A stretch of DNA of 64,000 nucleotides from Thermoplasmatota archaeon (GTDB lineage: Archaea > Thermoplasmatota > JAKEGO01). The notes below the pieces were generated by a model, which worked only from the letters and a program-made list of their open reading frames with translations, was not told the DNA's origin and searched no databases. The first letter of the stretch is position 1, and every line of letters starts with the position of its first letter. The DNA lies in the NCBI GenBank assembly GCA_028279595.1, contig JANQNK010000020.1, forward strand, positions 32,001-96,000, in the 5' to 3' direction. A program made the position numbers and the translations under genes. Positions 19,025-28,832 of the stretch are shown piece by piece.

Positions 19025-19260
19025 TTCGTTCACCCACCGCTTCTCTGTATAATCACGGACGACGAGGGTACAAATACCCCTTTCTGCTGCATGCAGCATG
19101 CAGGACCTGCCATCGGCGGTAATATTCTCCATCTCGACCGGTCATCCCAATTGCGTTTTTCGGTCGAATTCACACAAAAATCAACGATATATGGCGTATT
19201 TTCTCCAGTCAGTAATGCTTTTATACGCACAATGGCTTTTTCAACGGAGTGGTGGCGGTC

Positions 19261-19956
19261 ATGTTCAGGGACTGTATCAAGGGGTTGGACCGGGTGTTTC
19301 AGAGTGAAATCAAACCTGGCAAGACCATCCTTGTCACGGGCCCTCCTGGTTCTCTGAAATCGAGTTTCGTTCACGCCGTGATGAAGTCATATGTGGAGAA
19401 ATCCGGTGAGTTCGGACTCTTCACGACCCTCGAGCAGGACACCAGCTCCCATCTGGAGGGCATCGAATCCATCGGTCTGGGCCTTTCCAGGAACCTCCAG
19501 ATAACCGATTACAGCGAGATCCTCATGGACGAGTACGGGGGGAACTTCAACTACATGGAGTTCACCGAGATGATGATCGACCACTTCAAGGACCGCTACG
19601 GCGACAGGTTCTCGATATACGGTTTCGACTCCCTGGGTGCGCTCTATTCCATGATGCCAGATGTGAAGAATCCGCGCAAGTTCGCTTTCCAGTTCTTCTC
19701 GATGGTCAGGAAGCACAATCTGACGACCTTCATCATCCTGGAGAGCTCCCTCCAGGGCGATCCACTGACCATGGGGAACGAACCGTTCCTGGTGGACGGG
19801 ATATTCCATCTGGGTATCAAGAGGAACCGAGGTCACCTGACACGCTACTTCCAGGTCATCAAGATGCGCGCGACCAAACACAGCATGGACCCGTTCGCCA
19901 TCAAGGTGGACGACGGCGGCATCGAGATACTCGGACCCCTTCTCGACACCTCTTGA
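19261..19956 (+). CDS. KaiC/RAD55-like single-domain RecA-fold ATPase
   Basis: I.GLD, Walker A GPPGSLKS, TLEQ, FDSL, VDGI..L, R.FQVIKMRAT.H; start 19249 or 19261. Confidence 0.88.
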   Translation: MFRDCIKGLDRVFQSEIKPGKTILVTGPPGSLKSSFVHAVMKSYVEKSGEFGLFTTLEQDTSSHLEGIESIGLGLSRNLQITDYSEILMDEYGGNFNYMEFTEMMIDHFKDRYGDRFSIYGFDSLGALYSMMPDVKNPRKFAFQFFSMVRKHNLTTFIILESSLQGDPLTMGNEPFLVDGIFHLGIKRNRGHLTRYFQVIKMRATKHSMDPFAIKVDDGGIEILGPLLDTS

Positions 19957-19987
19957 ATTGGTCACGTTGATAACTGGCCGAAACTTC

Positions 19988-20015
19988 AGAATACCCTCAA
20001 CTGGGGGTTATTTCT
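19988..20015 (+). terminator. Hairpin downstream of the KaiC-like gene
   Basis: AGAATA-CCCTC-aact-GGGGG-TTATTTCT imperfect inverted repeat followed by T-rich sequence. Confidence 0.35.
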
Positions 20016-20039
20016 CATTTAATCCGTTAGAAATTAACC

Positions 20040-20117
20040 ATTGAAAGTTAATTATTCAATAATCACCCCTATTTTACTACGGTCTTTGGGATATATTTAT
20101 CTACTTTTGGATATATT
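20040..20117. promoter_or_regulatory. AT-rich promoter with candidate operators
   Basis: ATTGAA-N9-TTCAAT palindrome (20040-20060); GGATATATT direct repeat at 20089 and 20109. Confidence 0.4.
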
Positions 20118-20141
20118 CCTATTCACATAGATGGTGAGGCC

Positions 20142-20591
20142 ATGACGTTCGAACTTATGATGACAGACACGGCACCAGTCACCGACGAGAAGGATATGGA
20201 CCGGGCGCTCATCCGTTTCCTCGGTCAGATCGGCTATCTCGGCAAGAGATATTCGAAGAAGAGCAACGACGAGGTCAAGGACACCGTCGCATACCGTCTG
20301 GTCGCCGACTGCTTCCTCGGTCACCCCAACAGGGCGTGGCGCGTCGAGGAGATGACCGCCTACCTCGAGACCAGCGCACCCACCATCTACAGGCATCTCA
20401 ACAGGCTTCGCGGTCTGGACCTGATCGAGGAGGTCTACGCTGACGAGGAGAAGTCCAAGAAGGGCTACCGGGTCAGGTACGGAAACCTCGCCAAGGCCTG
20501 GTCCTTCCCAGAGGCTCACATCCGACTAGCCATGGACAACTTCAGGAAGAGCGTCGGACACATCCAGACTCTGATCGAGAGGGGGTCGTGA
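20142..20591 (+). CDS. wHTH transcriptional regulator
   Basis: VEEM..YL.TS.PTIYRHLNRL..LDLIEE; SD GGTGA upstream. Confidence 0.8.
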   Translation: MTFELMMTDTAPVTDEKDMDRALIRFLGQIGYLGKRYSKKSNDEVKDTVAYRLVADCFLGHPNRAWRVEEMTAYLETSAPTIYRHLNRLRGLDLIEEVYADEEKSKKGYRVRYGNLAKAWSFPEAHIRLAMDNFRKSVGHIQTLIERGS

Positions 20592-20854
20592 GAATGGACA
20601 TGGACCTCCAACTCGTGCCCGAGTCCAGATACCGTATCGAGTCGCTCGCCAGCCGCGACAATCCCATGGTCACGGAGGGCGCTTTCAAGGGATTCCTCCA
20701 CGTCGGGAATGGCGTCGTCGCCATCGCCCTTGACATGGATGACGGTCTCAGACGCGTCATCCCTACACACATGATACTTGCCATTGACATCCTCGAGGTC
20801 CCAGAGGCCCCCGAGGAGGAAGAGGAGAACGATTCCAAATCGTTCTACAGATAG
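20588..20854 (+). CDS. Small hypothetical protein
   Basis: GTGA overlap with the upstream gene; beta-rich sequence (EG.FKG..., R.IPTHMI.AIDIL) with acidic tail. Confidence 0.6.
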   Translation: MRMDMDLQLVPESRYRIESLASRDNPMVTEGAFKGFLHVGNGVVAIALDMDDGLRRVIPTHMILAIDILEVPEAPEEEEENDSKSFYR

Positions 20855-20867
20855 GGGACTGGTTCGA

Positions 20868-22511
20868 ATGCCGTCGGTGAAGTTCACCGTTGACGAGCTC
20901 GTTAGACTCTCCGGAGTCGACGACATGGAATTGGACGACATCATCGCGATCATCAAGATGATGGGCGCCGACCTCGGAGGGATCGAGGACGGCGTTATCG
21001 ACATGGAGTTCTTCCCGGACCGTCCGGACCTCTTCTCCGTTGAAGGCGTGGCCAGGGCCCTGACACAGTACGTATCCGGGGTCACGGAGTACCATCCCGT
21101 ATCACCTGGCGACATCGAGATGAGCGTCGACGCCAAGGTAGCCGACGTCCGTCCGTACGTCGTGGGCGGAGTGGTCCGCGGAGCGTCGCTTGACGATGAC
21201 GCAGTTCAATCCTTGATGTCGCTTCAGGAGAAGCTACACGCCACCATCGGACGCAACAGGAGCAAGGTCGCCATCGGCGTCCATGACCTGTCCAAGGTGA
21301 CCCCGCCCTTCAGGTACACCGCGGTCGAACCGGAAGGATTGAAGTTCATCCCACTCGGAAAGGAAGAGGAGATGAGTCCAGCAGACATTCTCGAGAGGCA
21401 CGAGAAGGGGATCGACTACGCCCACATCCTCGAGGACAAGTCCCTCTATCCCATGATACTGGACGCCAACGACGAGGTGCTCTCGTTCCCGCCGATAATC
21501 AACGGGACATTGACCACGGTCACCGAGGACACCACAGACCTCTTCATCGATTGCACCGGGAGCTCGTTCGAGGCGATCAGGACATGCCTGGATATCGTCT
21601 CCACATCGCTTGCGGAACATGGCGGAACTATAGAATCAGTTACGCTGCCTCCGATCGACGGAGCGCCGTGGCCATCCGAGCCGATCGTGACCCCGGTCGT
21701 CGAGGGCGAACCGATGACCGTAACCCACGACCACATCTCATCACTGGTCGGGACCGATCTGTCGCAGGAGGACGTGCTCACGTCACTTTCAAAGATGGGA
21801 TTGAAGGCGGAATTCCACGGCGACGATGTCGTCGTTACACCGCCCTCCTTCAGAGGGGACATCCTGCACCCTGTCGACATCATCGAGGACGTCGCCATCG
21901 GATACGGATACAACGACATACCGATGTCGCTCCCGAAGAACGCAACCCTCGGTCGCGAGTTCTCGAGGAACGACGTAATAAGAGCGCTGAGGTCCACCAT
22001 GGTCGGCCTCGGATTCCAGGAGATCGTCACCCTCCATCTGCGAGGACCGGAAGAGGAGTTCGACAGGATCAGAAGGGAGAGGACCGACGTACCTACGATA
22101 TCCAATCCCATCGGGGTTGAGACAAGCATCCTACGTGCGTCTCTGCTTCCGTCGATGCTCCGGATGCTCTCGGACAACAGGCACAGGCCATTGCCACAGA
22201 TGGTCTTCGAGATCGGACAGGTCTACCAGGGCAGCGAGCAAAGGACTGTCGCCGGATGGGCCGTCATAGACGCTTCCGCGGGATACACCCAGGCCAAGTC
22301 GAACATGGAAGCGATCATGAGGAACCTCTCATCGGCATTCAACATCAAATCGATGGAGGACCCCTCATACCTTGAGGGGCGACAAGCTGCACTGATGAAG
22401 GAAGGTACAACGATCGGCGGCTATGGCGAGGTGCATCCCGAGGTCCTCGAGAACTTCGAGCTCGGATACCCGACGATCAGCGGAGAATTCTATCTTGACG
22501 AGTTCTACTAG
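20868..22511 (+). CDS. pheT: Phenylalanine-tRNA ligase beta subunit
   Basis: PDRPDLFS.EG.ARAL, QEKLH..IGRNR.K.AIG.HD, SFPPIING, R.DILHP.D..ED.AI.YGY, GEVHP.VL.NF. Confidence 0.96.
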   Translation: MPSVKFTVDELVRLSGVDDMELDDIIAIIKMMGADLGGIEDGVIDMEFFPDRPDLFSVEGVARALTQYVSGVTEYHPVSPGDIEMSVDAKVADVRPYVVGGVVRGASLDDDAVQSLMSLQEKLHATIGRNRSKVAIGVHDLSKVTPPFRYTAVEPEGLKFIPLGKEEEMSPADILERHEKGIDYAHILEDKSLYPMILDANDEVLSFPPIINGTLTTVTEDTTDLFIDCTGSSFEAIRTCLDIVSTSLAEHGGTIESVTLPPIDGAPWPSEPIVTPVVEGEPMTVTHDHISSLVGTDLSQEDVLTSLSKMGLKAEFHGDDVVVTPPSFRGDILHPVDIIEDVAIGYGYNDIPMSLPKNATLGREFSRNDVIRALRSTMVGLGFQEIVTLHLRGPEEEFDRIRRERTDVPTISNPIGVETSILRASLLPSMLRMLSDNRHRPLPQMVFEIGQVYQGSEQRTVAGWAVIDASAGYTQAKSNMEAIMRNLSSAFNIKSMEDPSYLEGRQAALMKEGTTIGGYGEVHPEVLENFELGYPTISGEFYLDEFY

Positions 22512-22522
22512 AATTGAAAGGT

Positions 22523-23068
22523 TTACTCCTCGAACTTGTCCGAATAATAGGTCCTGACTATCCTGAGGACGTCCTTCCAGTTCTTCTTCTGGATCGGTAG
22601 GCCCTGAGCCCTCCGAGATTCTCCACCCCGCTCGAACTCCTTACCCTTCTCGAACTCGAATATCAGTTCGGGTCCGAATATCGGTGAAATTCTAGGGAGT
22701 ATCCTCGTCACGCTTTCCAGCTCGTATGTGAAGCTATCATCGACGGAGGAGACGATGTCACCGAACGTCATCTCTGCAAGGGCTGTATCGTTGAAGATCT
22801 GACCCTGGTCCAGCCCCTCCGTCAATCCCCGGTATATCTGTATCGTGTTCAAAACCCGGTGCCTGAAGAACGATGCGTAGAGGAACTTGGGCTCCCGACC
22901 TGTTCGCCCGCCACCTTCAGCCTGGATGAGAATGACCTTCAACGGATACTCGTCATCGCCTCCACCCTTCTCCTCCGGCTCGGCGATGTACTCCCAGCAG
23001 TTGTGACAGTAGTATCTCTTGTAAGCGGTGAGCCAGATCCCATCCTCGGCGCAACGCGGACACTCCAT
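22523..23068 (-). CDS. Hypothetical protein with N-terminal zinc ribbon
   Basis: MECPRC...W...Y.RYYCHNC..Y. Confidence 0.65.
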   Translation of the reverse strand: MECPRCAEDGIWLTAYKRYYCHNCWEYIAEPEEKGGGDDEYPLKVILIQAEGGGRTGREPKFLYASFFRHRVLNTIQIYRGLTEGLDQGQIFNDTALAEMTFGDIVSSVDDSFTYELESVTRILPRISPIFGPELIFEFEKGKEFERGGESRRAQGLPIQKKNWKDVLRIVRTYYSDKFEE

Positions 23069-23102
23069 CGTAACACGTATTGTTCTAAGATAATAAGAAA
23101 GT

Positions 23103-23223
23103 GCCTGACAGCGTTCCCGGTTTCCCGTGGGCTCTCGCACCACAGTACAGCCGGGAACGCGGGCGGGCTTAACTGCTGGGTTCGGATGAGACCAGGTGTT
23201 TCCCCACCGCTATGGCCGTCAGA
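23103..23223 (-). rRNA. rrf: 5S rRNA (unlinked)
   Basis: Reverse complement CTGACGGCCATAGCGG...CATCCGAACCCAGCAGTTAAG...GTACTG...GGGA...CTGTCAG; terminal helix closes; TTTATA ~25 nt upstream. Confidence 0.96.
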
Positions 23224-23258
23224 CAAGTTCCGTTAGAGGACGGTCCCGTATAAAAAGA

Positions 23259-26200
23259 TTATGCCGGTCCCTTCCTACGTGGTTTCCTTGCCTTTTTACC
23301 TGTACGAAGGACATCCTTGTATTCGTCAGTTATATGGCAGCCCCATTTCCGCTCTGAAGATACAACACCCTTCGCCTTCAGGTCCTTGACGTGATAGGCG
23401 ACCGTCGACTGCGTGATATCAAGACGTGAAGCCAGCTCTCTCTGCTTGATACCGGGCTGTTTAATGATCTGCATCACAACCCTCTTCTCTACGTCGCTCA
23501 GAACGACGTCTGGGACCCTGTAGCCGTAAGGATAGAACCTCCGATACATTCCATCCGGACGTGATTTGATGAAACCACCGGATTCGAGCACCCGCAGGTG
23601 GTATCCGGTGGTCCCGTTCTTCAGGTCGAGTTCCTTCTTGATCCTGTTGAAGTGGGAACCCGGATTCTCGTTGAGGTAGAGTACGATGCGACCCCTGGTC
23701 TCATGGTCGGTGATGGCTTCCTTCTTCAGTTTGGAATATAGTGGGAACAGGAGAGGGATAGCGAAGTAGCGTCCTCTGTCGATGGCCCACAGGCCTGCGA
23801 ATCCTGCTCCGAGGAGGCCGATGGAGGCTCCGACGAAGATCCATGTAACGAAGACCGGATCTGTGGAATCTCCAATATCATCGAGAGATATCGTCCCTCG
23901 CGCTGTTCCGGAGTTCAGTTTTTCGTTATCATCGGAATAGCTTGTCGCCGTGATGTTGAAGCTTACCGAACCGCTAGCATTCAATGGTACCAGCGCCGAG
24001 ATCCTAGCCTCTTTCTCGGAACCCGGTAGGATGTAAAGACTTTGATTGGTGATCGTGACCCATTCGCTATCGACCGTCAAACGGATCATCTGGGGAACGT
24101 TACCCTGATTTTCCACCGTAAGGTCATACTTGACCTTATCACCGGGATCGGCGCCGGACGTCAATCGGTTCAATCCCAGTGAGAAAGAATAATCGGCCCC
24201 ACTAGCTGTGACAGTTGTCTGTTCTGAACCGACCATCTGATCTTCGTGTAGAACGACGACCTCGAATGTATAATCTCCAGATTCGTTCAGTGAGACGCTG
24301 AATGTGAGATTCGTATAGCTCGTACCTGGGGAAAGGATCAAAACCTGAGACGAATTCTTAACTACGGCGTCTTCCCGCTTTGTATTCAATCTTACTGTAA
24401 GATTGGATTCATGAGGGATCCCCGAATGGTAACCAAGGGTGATCGTCACATTAAGGGATTCACCTGTGACCACGTACCCATCATAGGAGATGTCTGCTGT
24501 AACCTCGAGTGACCGATTGAGCCATTTCTCTGGTGGGCTGTACGGATCCATAAGGGGATAGGAGTCGATCGTGCCAGTACCGTTATGGATGTAGTACGGA
24601 ACATCACCGATTCCATCTTTATCATTGTCCTTTCCAGTATAGTCGCTCCAGTAGTTACCCTCAGATCCATCGTCCCACGTGGTGGCAATACCTACATTCG
24701 TAACCTGGTGACGATCCTCATTGTGAATATAGAAGTTATTATGATGAATTGTCGAGTTTATACAGGTCTTTGTAATGTAGAGCGCAAGTTCATCACCAAG
24801 TGTGAACTCATTGGCCCACACCATGGTATCGAGAGACGAATAATCGATGACGATACTGCTGTAGGTATCGGAGTTCCCACGGAACCTGTTGCTTGAGATG
24901 TTCGTGTCCTCCGAGTACAACAGGCGGACCCCCGTTTCGGAAGAACGAATCTCATTATCGACTATTCGGTTACCCTTGGATCTGTGAAGATATATCCCCC
25001 ACTCACAGGTCTCGATGGAATTGTTCATCAACAGGTTGTCGTCTGAATATATCAGTGAAATGCCAGAATAGGATTGGTTTGAGACCGTGTTCTCACGGAC
25101 GATGTTGTTCCGGCAGAATCCCATCTGTATGCCAATTCCCGAATGATTGACAAGATTCCCTTCGACGATCACATACTCACAGGCTGCCATTATTATATGG
25201 CGGGAGGTTCCGTTCACAACTCCTCCACTAGCATTCTTTACGTAGATTATCGGGCTGCCATCGATCTGGTTTGACTGATCGATACTGTGTGTGTTCCAGT
25301 TCGCTTTGTAATGTCCGTAGATGTTGATCCCACAGTTCGAAAAGGTATTATTCGATACTACGGTCCGATTCGAATGCCAGATGCCCAAACCATATTCTGC
25401 ATCGACGACACGATTGTGGATGATGCGATTATCATCGGACCACGCGATGTGGATTGACCGTCTTGAATCACTGAAACTACACGACTCGATCAGGTTCCCT
25501 TTCGCCCCGTCCTCAAGGGCGATCCCTCTCTCGATGTCGGATAAGTGGATATTCAGGAGCGAGCACTGATCAGAGTCCACCAATATTCCGTTCCGGGGTC
25601 TATACTTGGTGCCTTCCTCGATGCCAAGACCTTCGATCATTACGTTATTACTCTTTACCCAGACCACTGACATCTCCTCGTCCGAGCCCGCTTCCAGCGT
25701 GGTGTTGGATGAACCATTTCCTATGATATCCAACCTCTTTTCGATGATGATTGATTCCTCGTATTCACCAGCGTAGATGTTAATGATGTCAAAGTCTGTC
25801 GCATGTTCGAGTGCATCCTGGATCAACGAGAAATCAGCCCACGAACCATTGTCATCATCCACGATCCAGGTCTGTGGAATCATATCATTTGAGCCGGACC
25901 CATTCGGATTCATAAGAGGAAAAAGGTCCGCGATGAGCAAACTGCCGTTGATCACATAGGGTATATCGCCGATCCCATCGTTGTTCACGTCGGTCCCATT
26001 GTAATCCGACCAGTAATTGCCACGTTTTCCATGATGCCATGTAACGTTGTTACCGTCATCCTGAGCGTTCTCCGTGTTATCTATCAGAGCATTTTGATAG
26101 ATAATGCCATAGGTGTTGGACTCGTTCTGGTCTTTTACTCTTCCCCAGAGCTCGATACCTATCTTCGAATTGTTCTGGATCGTGTTGTTATTTATAATGA

Positions 26201-28718
26201 CGTCCGTGATGTCTCTGCCGGCACCGATCATGTTAGCATAGATTCCTATACCAATGTTCGAATTGTTCGAGAAGGTATTGTGATGGATATGGAGTTCATC
26301 TCCGAATCCCGTGACCCTCAATCCGTATTCGTTATTTTCACACGTATTATTGACGATCTCCAAGTCATCCGGCTTGTAGACATCGATACCTATCCAGGAA
26401 TTTCCGGCACAGATATTGTCGACCACTGTACTTCCACTCGATTCACCTACATATATCCCTACGAAGCAGTTCTCTAGATAGTTAGAACCGATCAACGAAT
26501 CATTGCCCCCACTTATGATTCCGGAGACTGAATCGGTACAGTTAAGAATGATGTTTTTTAACACGGTACAGTTCGATGACCACTGGATCCTGACACCGCC
26601 GCCATTTCCTTCGATATAATTTGCGTTTATTTCGCTCATCCACGATTCCCGGATAGCGATCCCCTTCTGAGTATTGTTAATGATAGTGCATTCATTGATC
26701 GTCAATTCGTCTACTCCTTCCGAGTTGATACCGTGATGACCGTTGTTCAGGATGGACGAATATGATATTGACACATCCTCTGAATCAAACAGGCCAATAC
26801 CACGATGATAACTATCCTGAATGACGCAGTTGAAGACTGTCACCACCTCGCTTTTATCAACCGTCAATCCGTACTGACCGCTGTTCGTGATAGTGACGTT
26901 CTCTAACCTGATCTGTGTGCTGTGCTTTACTAGCAGTGAGGATACCGGTCCATTCTCGGTCCAACCCCCTCCACCCATGATCGTTAGGTTAAAGACGGAA
27001 GCTCCATTGCTTCTTACCTTTAGTGCTGATTCATTCACGGCACCATTGATGATAGTTCCGGTTCCATTCCCACGTACGGTCAGCTGATCCTTCTCGAGTA
27101 TGACCGATTCGCCATATGTCCCCTCATATACGTAGATGATGTCTCCGGTCCATGAATTGTCGATCGCGTCCTGGATGCGAGTGAAATCTGCCCATGATCC
27201 ATTGTCGGCGTCGACTATCCACTTTCTCGGGTCCCTTGATGGATCGATATCGGGAATTGATCCATTCATCGGACGCATCAATGGATATTTATCCGATCGG
27301 TTACCATCTCCGTCGATGTGGTACGGTTTGTCTCCCACACCGTCTTCATCAGAATCATTACCGTTATAATCTGACCAGTAATTACCGTGTCTGTGATAGT
27401 ACCATGTGATGTTATGACCATCATCGACAGCTTGGTTAGTATTGTTAATGATTGAATTCTCGTAGATCACACCCCAGGCCCTGCTCATCTCCTCATCCTC
27501 GATCTCACCCCAGAGCTCGATACCGAGATTATCATTGTTGGCTATCGTGTTGTTCCAAATCACGAGATTTCTCAGCTCGGAGTCATCATTTTTAATCTGA
27601 GCATAGATACCAATTCCATTGACCGCACTGGTCGTGATGGTATTCTGAAAGACATCGACCTCGTCACCAATACCAATGATCCTCAATCCATCCTCACCAC
27701 TATCCACACATGTATTATTGATGATGTGGTAGTCCAATGGATTGTACACCTGGATACCAAGAAAACGATTGCCGTAACAGATGTTGTCACGCACTGTAAT
27801 GTTGACCGATTGTCGCGGCGAGATCCCGCTACTGCAATTGAAAATGTAGTTATCCTCAATCAAGGAATCCGAAACCTCCCAGAAATGAATACCAGAGTGA
27901 CTGCCGTTCATTACCACATTAGATCTAATTATAAATCTAGTCGTTTCACTGCCAATATTGATGCCACCGGAACTGTCCTCAACGTGATTGTCACTAATCA
28001 GCCCGATGTCCGAAAATCGGCTCTGGATCCCGTCATAGGTATTGTTTGCAACCAGGCAACCGCTGACCGTCAGATCGTCGGAATAACGTGCACAGATTCC
28101 GAGGTCGTAGTTATCTCTCACAGAGGTGTTTGAAACTGTTACAGCGTTCGAATTGACTATGTAAACGGCACGGTCGAGAATGAATTGGATAGTACAGTCG
28201 TGGATGATGACGTCCTCACTGTTCTCGACATATATACCGAAATATTCTCCATCTTTCACGGACACGTTGGTCAAATTGACATATTGGGCATGGTCAACAT
28301 ATACAGAAGGTATCGTAGCGTTACCACTCCCATCTTCCCCACCACCGAACACCGAAATATTCTCGATACCGATCGAATCGCCTTGGATATCAAGCACCGT
28401 CTCGCCAGATGTTCCATTTACGATACAAATATCAGATGCATTGCCCAGGATGGAGATGTCATTCTTGTCAACCAGGACCGATTCGTAGTAGATGCCTTCG
28501 AAAATACGGACATCATCCCCACCGGTCGAATTATCTATTGCGTCCTGTATCAACTGGAAGTCCGCCCAAGATCCGCTATCGTCATCGACGACCCAGGTTC
28601 TTCCTTGTGCGTCTGTGGACAGGACCAATAGAAGAACCAGGACCAAGGATACCGCTATCAATACCCTTCGATAGAGCCGGAAACCATCGCGATTGTCACT
28701 ATTTTCTTGTCCCCTCAT
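23259..28718 (-). CDS. Giant surface protein: 3 NosD/CASH beta-helix modules, Ig-like domains, TM, tandem wHTH
   Basis: Three W.VD.D.GSWADF..IQDA...GNYWSDY.G.D...DG.GD.PY modules; TM near aa 1630; R.RI..Y...NPG.HFN.IK..L....GT..YHL..LE and PGI.QRELA..L...QST..YH...L. Confidence 0.88.
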   Translation of the reverse strand: MRGQENSDNRDGFRLYRRVLIAVSLVLVLLLVLSTDAQGRTWVVDDDSGSWADFQLIQDAIDNSTGGDDVRIFEGIYYESVLVDKNDISILGNASDICIVNGTSGETVLDIQGDSIGIENISVFGGGEDGSGNATIPSVYVDHAQYVNLTNVSVKDGEYFGIYVENSEDVIIHDCTIQFILDRAVYIVNSNAVTVSNTSVRDNYDLGICARYSDDLTVSGCLVANNTYDGIQSRFSDIGLISDNHVEDSSGGINIGSETTRFIIRSNVVMNGSHSGIHFWEVSDSLIEDNYIFNCSSGISPRQSVNITVRDNICYGNRFLGIQVYNPLDYHIINNTCVDSGEDGLRIIGIGDEVDVFQNTITTSAVNGIGIYAQIKNDDSELRNLVIWNNTIANNDNLGIELWGEIEDEEMSRAWGVIYENSIINNTNQAVDDGHNITWYYHRHGNYWSDYNGNDSDEDGVGDKPYHIDGDGNRSDKYPLMRPMNGSIPDIDPSRDPRKWIVDADNGSWADFTRIQDAIDNSWTGDIIYVYEGTYGESVILEKDQLTVRGNGTGTIINGAVNESALKVRSNGASVFNLTIMGGGGWTENGPVSSLLVKHSTQIRLENVTITNSGQYGLTVDKSEVVTVFNCVIQDSYHRGIGLFDSEDVSISYSSILNNGHHGINSEGVDELTINECTIINNTQKGIAIRESWMSEINANYIEGNGGGVRIQWSSNCTVLKNIILNCTDSVSGIISGGNDSLIGSNYLENCFVGIYVGESSGSTVVDNICAGNSWIGIDVYKPDDLEIVNNTCENNEYGLRVTGFGDELHIHHNTFSNNSNIGIGIYANMIGAGRDITDVIINNNTIQNNSKIGIELWGRVKDQNESNTYGIIYQNALIDNTENAQDDGNNVTWHHGKRGNYWSDYNGTDVNNDGIGDIPYVINGSLLIADLFPLMNPNGSGSNDMIPQTWIVDDDNGSWADFSLIQDALEHATDFDIINIYAGEYEESIIIEKRLDIIGNGSSNTTLEAGSDEEMSVVWVKSNNVMIEGLGIEEGTKYRPRNGILVDSDQCSLLNIHLSDIERGIALEDGAKGNLIESCSFSDSRRSIHIAWSDDNRIIHNRVVDAEYGLGIWHSNRTVVSNNTFSNCGINIYGHYKANWNTHSIDQSNQIDGSPIIYVKNASGGVVNGTSRHIIMAACEYVIVEGNLVNHSGIGIQMGFCRNNIVRENTVSNQSYSGISLIYSDDNLLMNNSIETCEWGIYLHRSKGNRIVDNEIRSSETGVRLLYSEDTNISSNRFRGNSDTYSSIVIDYSSLDTMVWANEFTLGDELALYITKTCINSTIHHNNFYIHNEDRHQVTNVGIATTWDDGSEGNYWSDYTGKDNDKDGIGDVPYYIHNGTGTIDSYPLMDPYSPPEKWLNRSLEVTADISYDGYVVTGESLNVTITLGYHSGIPHESNLTVRLNTKREDAVVKNSSQVLILSPGTSYTNLTFSVSLNESGDYTFEVVVLHEDQMVGSEQTTVTASGADYSFSLGLNRLTSGADPGDKVKYDLTVENQGNVPQMIRLTVDSEWVTITNQSLYILPGSEKEARISALVPLNASGSVSFNITATSYSDDNEKLNSGTARGTISLDDIGDSTDPVFVTWIFVGASIGLLGAGFAGLWAIDRGRYFAIPLLFPLYSKLKKEAITDHETRGRIVLYLNENPGSHFNRIKKELDLKNGTTGYHLRVLESGGFIKSRPDGMYRRFYPYGYRVPDVVLSDVEKRVVMQIIKQPGIKQRELASRLDITQSTVAYHVKDLKAKGVVSSERKWGCHITDEYKDVLRTGKKARKPRRKGPA

Positions 28719-28832
28719 ACTCTCCCCTCGACACCGTTCTTACGATGCCGTCATTATATGAGGAGATTGGGTTACTTCTCGATAATTCTTGCGATAAGCC
28801 CGGTTCCTGCGTTTTTAAACGGGCTAATACCT

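Noticed and set aside
22859-23236. ORFs 22859..23236, 22939..23226 and the N-terminal extension of 22523..23143
   Set aside because: They run through the 5S rRNA gene
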